64,000 bases of DNA from Treponemataceae bacterium (GCA_963667725.2 CAXXHO010000003.1:608001-672000); one strand, 5' to 3'. Counted from the stretch's first letter, positions 48,616-58,357 are shown. Numbers and translations: made by a program. Notes: generated by a model not told the origin, from the letters alone.

Positions 48616-48699
48616 ACAATCATCCTCGGGGGCGGGCGCCGCGCGGATGCGGCTCGCTTCCGCGCGGCGCCCGCCCCCAATGCCCTCCAATATATTCGG

Positions 48700-50058
48700 T
48701 TACAGAATGCCCGCGGACGTATAGAGCCGGCGGGCCGCTTTTTCGGCATTGACGCGGATCAGTTCCTCGTCGACGCCGCGGAGCTTCCTTGAGCGCACCA
48801 CGAAACGGCCATTCACGATGAGGTGATCGACGCCGTGGTTATAGCCCGAGAAGAGAAGCGCGGCGACAGGGTCCGACAGGGCGCCAACGTATTCGAGCTT
48901 CATGACGTCGAAGAGGGCGAGGTCGGCCAGGGCGCCCTCGCGGATGACCCCAGCCTCTTCGTAGCCGAGGAGGCTGGCGCCGCCCTTTGTGGCGATGTTC
49001 AGCACTTCCTGGGCCGTGATGCCAGCCGAGCCGTAGCGGATGCGCTGCAGCAGTAGGGCTTGGCGCGCCTCGCCCAGCATGTCGGAGGAGTCATTCGAGG
49101 CCGAGCCGTCGACGGCGAGGCCGACGGGTATGCCACGGTCTATCATTTCGCGAACCCGGCAGATGCCCGAGCCCAGCCTCATGTTCGAGGAGGGGCAGTG
49201 GGCGACGCCTGTTTTCGTTTTCGCGAGGAGGTCGAGTTCCTCGTCGTTGAAGAAGATGCCGTGGGCGAACCAGACATCGGGGCCGACGAAGCCGCAGTCC
49301 TCCATGAGCCTGAGGGGCCGCCTGCCGTACATCCGTATGCAGTAGGCTTCCTCGTCGCTCGTCTCGGCGAGATGGGTGTGGAGGCGAGCGCCGAACTTGC
49401 GTGCAAGTTCGGCGCTGCGGCGCATCAAGTCTTCGGATACGGAAAAGGGCGAGCAGGGGGCGAGGGCTACCTTCCGCATCGAATCGGGGGCAGGGTCGTG
49501 GAAGCGCTTTATCGTCGCTTCGCAATGGGCGAGGATCTCATCCTCGTCCTGGACCGTGGAATCGGGAGGCAGTCCGCCATCCTTCTTCGAACGGCTCATC
49601 GAGCCCCTTGTCGGCGCGAAACGCAGGCCTAGGTCCGCCGCCGCCTTGAACTGCAGCGCCGGGATGTCGTCGCCGAAACCTTCCGGGTAGAGGTAATGGT
49701 GGTCGGTGGTGAGGGTGCAGCCCGTCTTGGCAAGCTCGGCCATCGCGAGCATCGAGGACCAATACACGGCTTCGGGATCGAGATGCTTCCAGATTTCATA
49801 GAGATAGAGAAGCCAGTCGAAGAGCTTCGCGTTCTGCACGGCGGGCAGGTTGCGCGTCAGCGTCTGGTAGAAATGGTGATGCGTGTTGACGAGACCCGGA
49901 AGGACGACATGGCGCGACGCGTCTATAATATCGGCTCCCGCGGGAGCGACGATGTTCGTTCCTATTCGCGTTATGCGATTTTTATCGACGAGGATATCGA
50001 CGCCCGATAGTTCGGCGTCGGCAGCGAGCACCCTGAAGCAGTTCCGGAGGAGTATCAC
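48700..50058 (-). CDS. Amidohydrolase, 8-oxoguanine deaminase/SsnA-like
   Basis: PGLVNTHHH, LHTHLAET, HCPSSNMRLGSG and AVDGSASND motifs. Confidence 0.87.
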   Translation of the reverse strand: MILLRNCFRVLAADAELSGVDILVDKNRITRIGTNIVAPAGADIIDASRHVVLPGLVNTHHHFYQTLTRNLPAVQNAKLFDWLLYLYEIWKHLDPEAVYWSSMLAMAELAKTGCTLTTDHHYLYPEGFGDDIPALQFKAAADLGLRFAPTRGSMSRSKKDGGLPPDSTVQDEDEILAHCEATIKRFHDPAPDSMRKVALAPCSPFSVSEDLMRRSAELARKFGARLHTHLAETSDEEAYCIRMYGRRPLRLMEDCGFVGPDVWFAHGIFFNDEELDLLAKTKTGVAHCPSSNMRLGSGICRVREMIDRGIPVGLAVDGSASNDSSDMLGEARQALLLQRIRYGSAGITAQEVLNIATKGGASLLGYEEAGVIREGALADLALFDVMKLEYVGALSDPVAALLFSGYNHGVDHLIVNGRFVVRSRKLRGVDEELIRVNAEKAARRLYTSAGIL

Positions 50059-51512
50059 CGCATAACCTCCGCGTTGAACTCGTCGATGAGATCGTCCAAC
50101 GCTTCAACCTGGGCGTGGAGGCCGCCCCAGTAGTTGCGATGGTCATCCCACTGGGCCCTGAGCTCGGCCAGATCCTTGCCCTGCTGCTCGATCCAGGTGA
50201 AGTACTTGAGATTGTGGATACGGCGCTTGTCCACCTGCGTGAGTTCGAAGACATGGTCCACGGAAATTCCGGCGAGCCTGTCCTGGTCCTTGTCGGACTG
50301 GCGCTGGCCGTAGGGACCGCGCTCCGCGTTGAGCTCGTCGAGCCTGGACTGGTACATGGTCATGGAGTCGGTGAACATGGTGAAGACGACGTCGTGCTCG
50401 TCCATTTCGTAGTATTTCGCCATCTTGATCGCGCCGATGAGGTTGCCGACGCCCGAGATGCCGAGGAGGCCCAGCTGGGCCACGGCCTCGGGATCGGCTC
50501 CCGCGGCGACGAGGGCATCCCGGCCCGCCTTCTCGTTGAAGAGGCGGATGAAGCGGATGGGCAGCTCGTCGTCGACGCCGATGGCGGCGTCGGTGTCACG
50601 CATATTGTGGATCCAGGGGATGTGCTTGTCGCCGATGCCCTCGATGCGATGATCGCCGTATCCGTTTTCGAGGATTGTGGGACATTGGAGAGCTTCAGCC
50701 ACGGCGATCTTGATGTCGGGGAAATGGTCGCGTAGGTAGGAGCCAGATCCGAGGGTGCCGGCCGAGCCCGAGGAGAGGAGAGTCCCAGCTACCCGGTCTC
50801 CAGGCTTGCCCACCTTCGCGAAGACTTCGGCCATAGCCGGCCCCGTGACCTGGTAGTGCCAGAGATTGTTGGGCAGCTGGTCGAACTGGTTGAAGATGAC
50901 GGCGTCGGGGCGCGTAGCTTCCAGCTCGATGCACTTGTCGAAGATTTCCTTGACGTTGGATTCGCAGCCCGGGGTGGCGATCACTTCCTCGGCCATGGTC
51001 TTCAGCCATTCGAAGCGCTCGCGGCTCATGCCAGCGGGAAGGATGGCGATCGAGGGGCAGGAGAGTAGGCGGGAGATATAGGCGCCGCCCCTGCAGTAGT
51101 TGCCGGTCGAAGGCCAAACGGCTTTCTTGGTGGTCGGGTCGAATCGGCCGGTGACAAGTTCGGGCACGAGGCAGGCATAGGCCGCGCCGACCTTGTGCGC
51201 TCCCGTGGGGAACCATTTTCCGACGAGGCCGATGATGCGGGCCTTCGTGCCCGTGATGGCGCGAGGAATCTCGAGAAAATTGACGCCGCCGAAGCCGCCG
51301 CCCTTTTCGACGGGCTCGTTATGCCAGTTGACGCGGAAAAGGTTGCGCGGATGGACGTCCCAGAGACCGATGCCAGATAGCTCTTTCTTCACCGAGGCGG
51401 GAATCTTGGCCGGATCCCTCATCTGGGCGTAGGTGGGAAGGAGAATGCCTTTTTCCCTGCATCGCTGGATATTTTTCTTTCTTTGGATTTCGTTGACGTT
51501 AAGATCGATCAT
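50055..51512 (-). CDS. PLP-dependent fold-type II enzyme (cysteine-synthase-like), function unknown
   Basis: FPTGAHKVGA (PLP Lys), PSTGNY, GSAGT and HRIEGIG motifs; AAGGAG RBS before ATG 51512. Confidence 0.82.
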   Translation of the reverse strand: MIDLNVNEIQRKKNIQRCREKGILLPTYAQMRDPAKIPASVKKELSGIGLWDVHPRNLFRVNWHNEPVEKGGGFGGVNFLEIPRAITGTKARIIGLVGKWFPTGAHKVGAAYACLVPELVTGRFDPTTKKAVWPSTGNYCRGGAYISRLLSCPSIAILPAGMSRERFEWLKTMAEEVIATPGCESNVKEIFDKCIELEATRPDAVIFNQFDQLPNNLWHYQVTGPAMAEVFAKVGKPGDRVAGTLLSSGSAGTLGSGSYLRDHFPDIKIAVAEALQCPTILENGYGDHRIEGIGDKHIPWIHNMRDTDAAIGVDDELPIRFIRLFNEKAGRDALVAAGADPEAVAQLGLLGISGVGNLIGAIKMAKYYEMDEHDVVFTMFTDSMTMYQSRLDELNAERGPYGQRQSDKDQDRLAGISVDHVFELTQVDKRRIHNLKYFTWIEQQGKDLAELRAQWDDHRNYWGGLHAQVEALDDLIDEFNAEVMR

Positions 51513-51741
51513 CGGCGGCTCCTTTGAAACGCATGATGGAAAACCGCAAGCGGTGAGAACTGCCCGCGGCTCGAATAGTATACGACGCATTCCGGAAATT
51601 TTACAGGGCAATTTCCTCGCTGTTGGAGCTGTGCCTTCCTAAGGTTCGACAGATACTTCCGAACCGTCGATATCGAAGTGGTAGCTTCTATACCCTGAGT
51701 TCTTTCTGGTCATGAGCATGGCTGGTGGCTATTTACATATA

Positions 51742-51759
51742 TATTGGCAAATGCTAATA
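51742..51759. promoter_or_regulatory. 18-bp palindromic operator copy (nifU promoter)
   Basis: TATTGGCAAATGCTAATA, overlapping TTTACA-17-TAATAT. Confidence 0.65.
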
Positions 51760-51786
51760 TCAATACAATTATTAAGAGGCTCTACA

Positions 51787-52224
51787 ATGGGAATTGAACA
51801 AGATAAGAACGACAACAATCAGACTACCTTTAGCGGCCCGATTCTCTATTATACGGATAGGGTAATCGATCATTTTACGCATCCACGTAATATCGGCGAA
51901 AAATCCGATGAGAAGGCTGATGGCTATGCCCAGATCGGTGATCCCGGATGCGGTGATCAGATGAAGCTATGGTTTTCCGTATCTGAAGGAAGAATCTGTC
52001 AAATCGCTTTCAAATCCTATGGCTGTCCCGGAGCCATTGCCACGAGCAGCATGCTGACCGTTCTCGCGCAAGGGAAGACAATCGAGGAGGCCATGAATAT
52101 CACCGATGATGATGTCGTGAACGCGCTTGGAGGGATCCCCGAAAACAAGAAGCACTGTTCTCTCCTCGGCGTCCAGGCGCTTCAGGCGGCTATTGCGCGT
52201 TACAAAAGTCGTCTGCAAATCTAA
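51787..52224 (+). CDS. IscU/NifU-type Fe-S scaffold protein
   Basis: HFTHPRNIG, GDPGCGD, FKSYGCPGAIA and KKHCSLLG motifs. Confidence 0.9.
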   Translation: MGIEQDKNDNNQTTFSGPILYYTDRVIDHFTHPRNIGEKSDEKADGYAQIGDPGCGDQMKLWFSVSEGRICQIAFKSYGCPGAIATSSMLTVLAQGKTIEEAMNITDDDVVNALGGIPENKKHCSLLGVQALQAAIARYKSRLQI

Positions 52225-52237
52225 TGGAAGAACCTGC

Positions 52238-52738
52238 TTATAATCGCAGGAAATCAACTGCCGACCAATCGATCTTGCCTTCGGCATCGACCAGGTTCGC
52301 GTCGGCATGGACATATTCGACTTTTCCTACGAACATTTCATGCGAGCCTGTGCATAGCGAGTCGACAACTGTACACTCAATTGATACCGGGCTGTCGAGG
52401 AGAACCGGCGCGTTGACCTTAATGCCATCTCCCAGCGGTATCCCAAGTTTTTCTAGCTTGTTCTCGTCGCGACCGCTGTGGGATCCAAGGTATTGGAATG
52501 TCCCCTTCATCGACGCGGAGACGAGATTCACCACGAAGACGCCTGTTTTTTTGATTATTGAGTAAGAATGGCGCGAAGGAACGATGCCCACCATCACCAT
52601 GGGCGGATCATAGCTGCAGTTGCAGCAGTAGACGACGGCGAGCGCGTTGTTCCTGCCGTCCGAATCCCGGCACGATACGAGAATGGGAGTCTTAGGATTG
52701 AGGACTGAACGGAACGCGGCTGGTTTTTTTTCTTTCAT
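52238..52738 (-). CDS. Flavin reductase-like (flavoredoxin) protein
   Basis: PPMVMVGI…RHSY…FVVNL…GSHSGRD…GSHEMFVG pattern. Confidence 0.87.
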   Translation of the reverse strand: MKEKKPAAFRSVLNPKTPILVSCRDSDGRNNALAVVYCCNCSYDPPMVMVGIVPSRHSYSIIKKTGVFVVNLVSASMKGTFQYLGSHSGRDENKLEKLGIPLGDGIKVNAPVLLDSPVSIECTVVDSLCTGSHEMFVGKVEYVHADANLVDAEGKIDWSAVDFLRL

Positions 52739-52774
52739 GACCAAGGCTCCTTTATGCGTCATCGATGATGCGGT

Positions 52775-53767
52775 TTACGAAGCGCGCCAAGATATTTTTC
52801 CATTATGAACAATTTCGATAATTTTGCCAGAGTCTCTGAGATTTTGGAGAACAGAGTCCAGATTGGTGACACCTCTATGGGCAAGAAGGTTTCGCAGCTC
52901 TCCATCGGTCATAGGATGACGCCGGAGTATGCATGCCGCTGCAAGGAGCGGATCGTTCTCTCCTTCCGCCGAAAAACCGCCATAGCCTTTGGATGGGTGG
53001 AGGACGGTCGCGCTGCTTCCCAGTATCTTCTGAGCCCGCGCGATTCCTTCCTCGTCGCTGGGGCGAACCCAGGGCTCCGCGGGCGGGCGTGTCGGCAAGA
53101 CAAGATGGATCTCATCGGGACCAATCCGCTTGATTACTTCCGACAGATTTTCAAGGGAAGCCTCATCATCGTTGATTCCGGCGATCAGCATAACTTCGAG
53201 CCATAATCTTCCCGTGAACTCGCTTCCGAACGCGACGAGTCCCTCGACATGTCGTTCGAAATCGAAATCAGGGAGAGGGCGGTTAATCCGCCGAAAGAGC
53301 GCTGCGCTTCCAGCGTCCAATGTCGGCAGCACAGCGTCCGCCGCGGAAAGATCTTCCCGTACCTCACTCAGGCTCAACAGGGAGCCATTCGTGATGACGG
53401 CGACAGGCAGCGAGGTCATAACCTTGACCACCCTGATCATCGTTCCAATATCGCGGTTGAGCGAAGGCTCGCCTGATCCGACGAAGGTTATCCAATCGAT
53501 GTCTTCTGCCGATTCCGAGTGTAAAGCTGCTCGCAATTCCTCATACATCATCTCTGGAGGAAAGTACGAGGAACGCGATTTCGTATAAGGCCTTGTCCGG
53601 CCCAGCTGACAATAGACGCAGTTCCAGTTGCAGAATTTGAGAATGGAAAGGTCGGAGCCACCGTAGATCCCTTGAGGGGGAGATGATGCTTCTTTCCTGG
53701 ATATCGGATCTATGCCAAGTGACCGACCAAGGCGACGAGAAGGGACGGGACCAAAAATGCAATGCAA
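52775..53767 (-). CDS. Radical SAM Fe-S oxidoreductase (COG0731-like)
   Basis: FGPVPSRRLGRSLGI, CNWNCVYC, GSGEPSL and ITNGSL motifs. Confidence 0.88.
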   Translation of the reverse strand: MHCIFGPVPSRRLGRSLGIDPISRKEASSPPQGIYGGSDLSILKFCNWNCVYCQLGRTRPYTKSRSSYFPPEMMYEELRAALHSESAEDIDWITFVGSGEPSLNRDIGTMIRVVKVMTSLPVAVITNGSLLSLSEVREDLSAADAVLPTLDAGSAALFRRINRPLPDFDFERHVEGLVAFGSEFTGRLWLEVMLIAGINDDEASLENLSEVIKRIGPDEIHLVLPTRPPAEPWVRPSDEEGIARAQKILGSSATVLHPSKGYGGFSAEGENDPLLAAACILRRHPMTDGELRNLLAHRGVTNLDSVLQNLRDSGKIIEIVHNGKISWRAS

Positions 53768-53779
53768 GTCCTGGCCTGT

Positions 53780-53995
53780 TTACGCTTGCTTTACTTCATC
53801 GCCATCAGAATTTTTACTGTCTTTCGATGATGGCGCTGCAGCGCTTTTATTCCCATGACCGTGACCAAGTCCATTTTTGGCACCGTGTCTTTGTCCACGA
53901 ACAAGAGCTTTCACGGGATCGCCAGCACAAGGTCCCAGCCCCTTGCCTGTTTTCTTTCCAGCACCAGCGGGACCACTCCCGTCAGAATTGGGCAT
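53780..53995 (-). CDS. Small Gly-rich DUF5320-like protein
   Basis: MPNSDGSGPAGAG..TGKGLGPC N-terminus; GGAGG RBS. Confidence 0.7.
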   Translation of the reverse strand: MPNSDGSGPAGAGKKTGKGLGPCAGDPVKALVRGQRHGAKNGLGHGHGNKSAAAPSSKDSKNSDGDEVKQA

Positions 53996-54071
53996 ATATA
54001 CCTCCGAGCGGCTAAAGATACTGAGCGCGTCAACGACGCACATCACACATGTTCGGCATCACCTAATACAA

Positions 54072-54089
54072 AATAAGCATATGCTAATA
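54072..54089. promoter_or_regulatory. 18-bp palindromic operator copy
   Basis: AATAAGCATATGCTAATA within minus-strand TTGATT-17-TATTTT. Confidence 0.65.
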
Positions 54090-54155
54090 ATAAATCAATG
54101 ATTCTCATCATTTCTCAGGGCAACAATTGATATGCTATGTATATGAAAACGAAAA

Positions 54156-54494
54156 TTAGTGCGTACAGAGATTTTTACCGGTGACAAGCGTGTTTTCAAG
54201 GAAGAGCTTTACGATTTTTTCCGCTGTCTCCCCCGGTGCCCCCGCAATGACTTCGATATTGTTCTGTACGAAGAGATTGATGGCGTTTTCGCCCATGCCT
54301 CCAGCAATGACATGAGTGATGCCAAGTTTTGCGAGCCAAGAGGGGTAGAGTCCCGGTTCGTGGGGAGGCGCGACGATCTCTTCTTGTGAGAGAATAGCCC
54401 TGGTGGCTGAGTCGACGGTGATAATTGCGAAGCGTTCACAATGGCCGAAATGAGGCGTAAGATTTCCATTTAGAAGAGGAATTGCTATCTTCAT
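54156..54494 (-). CDS. NifB/NifX-family (Fe-Mo cofactor-binding-like) protein
   Basis: MKIAIP…HFGHCERF…IAGGMG…NLCTH pattern; AAGGAG RBS. Confidence 0.87.
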   Translation of the reverse strand: MKIAIPLLNGNLTPHFGHCERFAIITVDSATRAILSQEEIVAPPHEPGLYPSWLAKLGITHVIAGGMGENAINLFVQNNIEVIAGAPGETAEKIVKLFLENTLVTGKNLCTH

Positions 54495-54504
54495 AGTGTC
54501 TCCT

Positions 54505-55089
54505 TTATAAAGCATAGGTAGAGAAGCGTACGATTGCGGCAGATAGTCCTGACGCCATACATACATCACTTCTCCCGTGGATAAGGCCTCCGCCCACCAT
54601 GACCGCTTTCTTTATCTTTCCCTCATCCCGGACTGAACGTAGGAAGTCAGCGTCCTTCATGGATTGGAGCGTTGTTATACCCTTGAGTCCGATCCCGGGC
54701 ACCGGAGGCATCTTTGCGATCGCGCCGGTGGCGAGTATGAGCTTGTCATAGCCAATCGTTGTGGTTTCTTCGGTTAGGAGGTTTTTATAGGTTACCGTAT
54801 GACTATGGGGGTCGATGCTCGTCGCTTCGCTGTTCGTTCGGGCGTCGATTGCCTTGGCGTTGAGATAGAATTTCGGATTCCTGACGACGCCCGCCGGCGT
54901 GCAGAGAAGCTGATCCCTGTCGTCGAAAGCGCCTCCAACGTAATATGGATAGCCACATGACGCCATCGAAAGATCAGCCCCTTTCTGAAGGACAATGATG
55001 TCGGCGCTTTCGTCCAGTCGCCTCGCCTTGGCCGCGGCCTTGGGGCCGGCCGCCGATCCGCCGATGACCACGATTTGTTTCTTGCTCAT
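54505..55089 (-). pseudogene. Truncated CoA-disulfide reductase/NADH oxidase-like flavoprotein
   Basis: VIGGSAAGPKAA, SCGYPY and LILATG motifs. Similarity ends inside the NADH-binding motif GGGLI (~54581) and the frame then runs into unrelated sequence. Confidence 0.8.
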
Positions 55090-55108
55090 TGTGTTCTCCC
55101 GCATGATT

Positions 55109-55423
55109 TTATTTCGAGGGGACGATGACATCCGCCATCGCCTCTCCAAGAGCTTTTCCCGCTTCCGTGATCTCGACGCGAATGCCCGCGGCGCTTAAAG
55201 CCGCCGCCGCCTTGGGGCCTACCTCGGGCGCGATGAGAATGCCGACTCCTTTCTCTGTGAGGAAAGCCGCGGCGCCCGTGCCGGCGCCATGTTCGGCGTT
55301 GACGCCCTCGTTCGCGGCGATCACGTAGCTCGAGTCAGCGTCATTGTAAAGCGCGAAACTTTTCGCTCGGCCGAAGACCTTCCCGACGGTCTTCCCGTCG
55401 TCTGTCGGTAATGCGTATTTCAT
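55109..55423 (-). CDS. NifB/NifX-family protein
   Basis: FGRAKSF…HGAGTGAA…VGPKA pattern. Confidence 0.85.
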   Translation of the reverse strand: MKYALPTDDGKTVGKVFGRAKSFALYNDADSSYVIAANEGVNAEHGAGTGAAAFLTEKGVGILIAPEVGPKAAAALSAAGIRVEITEAGKALGEAMADVIVPSK

Positions 55424-56352
55424 AATGTCTCCTTTGGGATTACGACATTCAGCTTTTTGCGTTGCATGGATAAAACAACTCCCTTGACAGCTTCGATTGT
55501 AGCTTTGACCTGATCGCCCGCCTCTCCTCCAATCGAAAGCCAGGTGTTCCCCGACTCCTCGGCAGCCCTCAGCGCCGGATCGAAGGGTAATTCGCCTGCG
55601 AGAGGGATGCCGGCTTCCGCGAGCATGATCCGGGCTTTGGAGTCCATATCGGCGCTGAGGCCAGTCTTGTTCATGATGGCGATGGCTTTTCTCTTCATGG
55701 AATGAACGAGGGCGACGAGCCGCCGCGCGTCCTTGATACCCGATACGCTGGCTTCCACCACGATGATGACGAGGTTAGCGCCGCTCAACGAGGCGATGAC
55801 GGGGCAGCCAATTCCGGGCGCGGAATCGACTACAATGACACTGGCCTCGCCGGCTAATTGCTCGGCGCGATCACGGACAACCCGGACGAGCTTGCCGCTC
55901 GTGTCCTCTCCCGGCTCAAGTTCGGCGAACACCAGGGTCGGTCCCCGCGCCGTGTCCGCTACATAGAACTCACCGGCTTGTTTTTCGTACATGGTGACGG
56001 CGCCTTTGGGGCAGGTGTCCAGACAAGCGCCGCAGCGCTCACAGAGTTGGGGCACTATGACATAGGATTGCCTATCGGCGGATTTTCGGATCGCGTCGAA
56101 GCGGCACGCCTGGACGCAACGCCCACAGGCAGTGCAGGCATTGGCTTTGATTGAGAACCCAGGTCCCGCAAAGTAGGGGAATCGTTCCCTTTCCTTCGCA
56201 TCCAGGGCGATCGCTCCATTGGCGGCATCCACGTCGCAGTCGGCAAAGATGCACTTTTCCCCCGGTATAGCCGCGATAGCCACGGCGAGCGCGGCCGCGA
56301 TCGAGGTCTTGCCGGCTCCGCCCTTTCCACTCGCCACACTCACCGTCGTCAT
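55420..56352 (-). CDS. MinD/ParA-superfamily ATPase with inserted 2x[4Fe-4S] ferredoxin domain
   Basis: SGKGGAGKT, DCDVDA, two CxxCxxCxxxC motifs and DSAPGIGCP. Confidence 0.88.
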   Translation of the reverse strand: MTTVSVASGKGGAGKTSIAAALAVAIAAIPGEKCIFADCDVDAANGAIALDAKERERFPYFAGPGFSIKANACTACGRCVQACRFDAIRKSADRQSYVIVPQLCERCGACLDTCPKGAVTMYEKQAGEFYVADTARGPTLVFAELEPGEDTSGKLVRVVRDRAEQLAGEASVIVVDSAPGIGCPVIASLSGANLVIIVVEASVSGIKDARRLVALVHSMKRKAIAIMNKTGLSADMDSKARIMLAEAGIPLAGELPFDPALRAAEESGNTWLSIGGEAGDQVKATIEAVKGVVLSMQRKKLNVVIPKETL

Positions 56353-57233
56353 GCTGGTGCCGTCCATGAAACACCATCCAGCACAGTGGCGACGATCTTG
56401 TCCATTTCGTTCATGAAGGAGGCGTCGTTGCTCCAGAGCGCGGCTGACGCCCCCGACTCCGCGCGCGAACGCAGAAAGGCGATTCGCCCGATCACGGGAA
56501 CGGATTTTTCGGCGCAGAACCCCGCGATATCGACGCTTCCGAAGCCATCCTTGTTTATGACGACCCCGGTTGGTATGTCGCGGCTTTTCGTCAGCTTTAT
56601 CGCAGCGCCGAGATCATGGAGGGAAAACTCGGTAGGTTCAGCGACGAGAATCACATAATCGGCGCCCTCGATCGAATGCGTAGCCGGACAGGAGACTCCA
56701 GGCGGGCAATCTCGTACCTGGATCGCCGCGTCGCATACGGGCGCTCGACGTTTTGCCGCCTCGATGACGGCCGTGGATCGTATGTCGCCTACCTCCATTC
56801 GCCCTTCGAGAATGTGGAGTCCTTCTGTCATAAAAAAGGAAGTGCGGCCGACGGTCGCTTTTATTTCACCCAGCGCCGACGCGGGACAAACCGAGACACA
56901 GCGTCCACAGCCTTTGCACAGTTCTCCGCTTATTGAAACTACGCCGCCTAGGACTACAATCGCCCCGAACCGACAGGACTTGGCGCAAAGTCCGCAGCCC
57001 GTACATCGCTCCGAGAGAAGAGAAGGAATGGGGACCTTAACCGGTTCAGCCTCTCCGAGAAGCTTGGCGGCCTGAAAATAGCCGATGACGTCAGGCGCCT
57101 CGACGTCGAGGTCGACGAGCAGCGTCTTGCGGGAGCGGGCGAACGCGAGGGCAAGGTGGGCAGCTACTGTTGTCTTGCCGGTGCCGCCCTTGCCACTCGC
57201 AATGGCAATCACCGTCGCCTGCGGTTTGCTCAC
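56349..57233 (-). CDS. MinD/ParA-superfamily ATPase with inserted 2x[4Fe-4S] domain (paralog)
   Basis: SGKGGTGKT, DLDVEAP, two ferredoxin motifs and DCPPGVSCP. Confidence 0.88.
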   Translation of the reverse strand: MSKPQATVIAIASGKGGTGKTTVAAHLALAFARSRKTLLVDLDVEAPDVIGYFQAAKLLGEAEPVKVPIPSLLSERCTGCGLCAKSCRFGAIVVLGGVVSISGELCKGCGRCVSVCPASALGEIKATVGRTSFFMTEGLHILEGRMEVGDIRSTAVIEAAKRRAPVCDAAIQVRDCPPGVSCPATHSIEGADYVILVAEPTEFSLHDLGAAIKLTKSRDIPTGVVINKDGFGSVDIAGFCAEKSVPVIGRIAFLRSRAESGASAALWSNDASFMNEMDKIVATVLDGVSWTAPA

Positions 57234-57613
57234 ATTTCCGCTTCTTTGTTTGTCTGAGCGGCTTCGCTTACGGGTTTGCCACCGAGGAGAGCCTCGGTTC
57301 TGCCTAGTTCGGCTAGGAGAAAAGCCCTCTTCTGTTCAAGGATATGGTTCATATCCGCGCCAGCAGTTATTCCGTCGTAGCCGACGGAAAACCAACCGGC
57401 TCCCCTGCCTAGACCGTGTCCATAGCCGGCCTTACAACCGCAGCCAGGACCGTTGCCGCGCCCCATGCCGCGTCTTGGGCCGTTGCCCATACCATTGCCG
57501 ATGCCACGCACATTGCGTGATCCCATCATAGCGGCGCCGCCGCCACAAAAACCAAGTCCTCTCCCTGTCATCGGTCCAGCTCCTTCGGGTCCTCTTCCAT
57601 TGTAATTAGGCAT
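57230..57613 (-). CDS. DUF5320-family Gly/Arg-rich protein
   Basis: MPNYNGRGPEGAGPMTGRGLGFC, GRG repeats and C-terminal coiled helix. Confidence 0.8.
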   Translation of the reverse strand: MPNYNGRGPEGAGPMTGRGLGFCGGGAAMMGSRNVRGIGNGMGNGPRRGMGRGNGPGCGCKAGYGHGLGRGAGWFSVGYDGITAGADMNHILEQKRAFLLAELGRTEALLGGKPVSEAAQTNKEAEM

Positions 57614-57666
57614 ATCAGCCTCCATATTGAAAAATTTAAATAGCGCCAACGGCGCATGCTTGTCAT

Positions 57667-57717
57667 AAATAGCCAATGCTAATTACCTTATATGACGATA
57701 ATAGGCATATGCTCATA
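57667..57717. promoter_or_regulatory. Two operator copies at the DUF5320-MinD operon promoter
   Basis: AATAGGCATATGCTCATA (57700-57717) inside minus-strand TTGACA-17-TATTAT; weaker AAATAGCCAATGCTAATT (57667-57684). Confidence 0.65.
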
Positions 57718-57794
57718 ATATGTCAAGTCCTTTTTGCTTTTTCTTGTGAGGCGGCGGAGGCCTTATACCCTAGTATGCGGAAAGAAATGATGAA

Positions 57795-58241
57795 TCAATC
57801 GTAGGCTGCTCGAGTCTTTTCATCGACTATAGTGGGCGCGAGGCGTGATTTCCACTCCGAAGCCCTCCATGTTCCAAGGCGTTCGTGGATAGTGAGATAT
57901 TTGGCGGGAATGGGGTGGGTACCGATAATGACTTTCAGCTTATAACGCTCTTCCATGAAATGAACAAAATGATCGATGCTGGGGCAGGGCGGGTACCCCA
58001 CGAGCAACCCCGTGGCGAGGTGAATAACAGAGATGCCGTTCTTCGCCATTTCCTCTCCGGCATATTCGATATTCCCTCCAGGGCAGCCCCCGCAGCTCGT
58101 ATAGCCGGCGATTTCCACATTCATGTCTTTATAGATGGAGAAAGCGCCTTCCCTGTTCTTAAATGCTCGGAAGCATTTCCCTCCCGCACAGTTTTTATAG
58201 CGATCACAGATGATGATGCCGATTTTCAATGTGTCTTCCAT
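57795..58241 (-). CDS. CGGC-domain protein
   Basis: IIIC…CAGGKC…TSCGGCPG…IHLATG…PCP…IGTH pattern. Confidence 0.87.
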   Translation of the reverse strand: MEDTLKIGIIICDRYKNCAGGKCFRAFKNREGAFSIYKDMNVEIAGYTSCGGCPGGNIEYAGEEMAKNGISVIHLATGLLVGYPPCPSIDHFVHFMEERYKLKVIIGTHPIPAKYLTIHERLGTWRASEWKSRLAPTIVDEKTRAAYD

Positions 58242-58260
58242 GTTTTTCTCCTGTTGTCGA

Positions 58261-58357
58261 AATTAGGGTATGCTCACCGTAGATAATTGTCAAATGCTTG
58301 AAATATATGAAGATTTGACAAAGAAAAAGGTATATTATATATTAGCATATGACTATA
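58261..58357. promoter_or_regulatory. Back-to-back divergent promoters (CGGC / peroxiredoxin), each overlapped by an operator copy
   Basis: TTGACA at 58315 (+) and 58288-58293 (-); operators TATTAGCATATGACTATA (58340-58357) and AATTAGGGTATGCTCACC (58261-58278). Confidence 0.6.

Larger units (their letters stand above)
54581..57766. repeat. 14-bp perfect inverted repeat pair (54581-54594 and 57753-57766)
   Basis: ATAAGGCCTCCGCC … GGCGGAGGCCTTAT. Confidence 0.7.

Noticed and set aside
51520..51580. Leader hairpin before the PLP gene as a xanthine/purine riboswitch
   Set aside because: Only one G-U-rich stem, with no match to the purine or NMT1 consensus that I can recognise.
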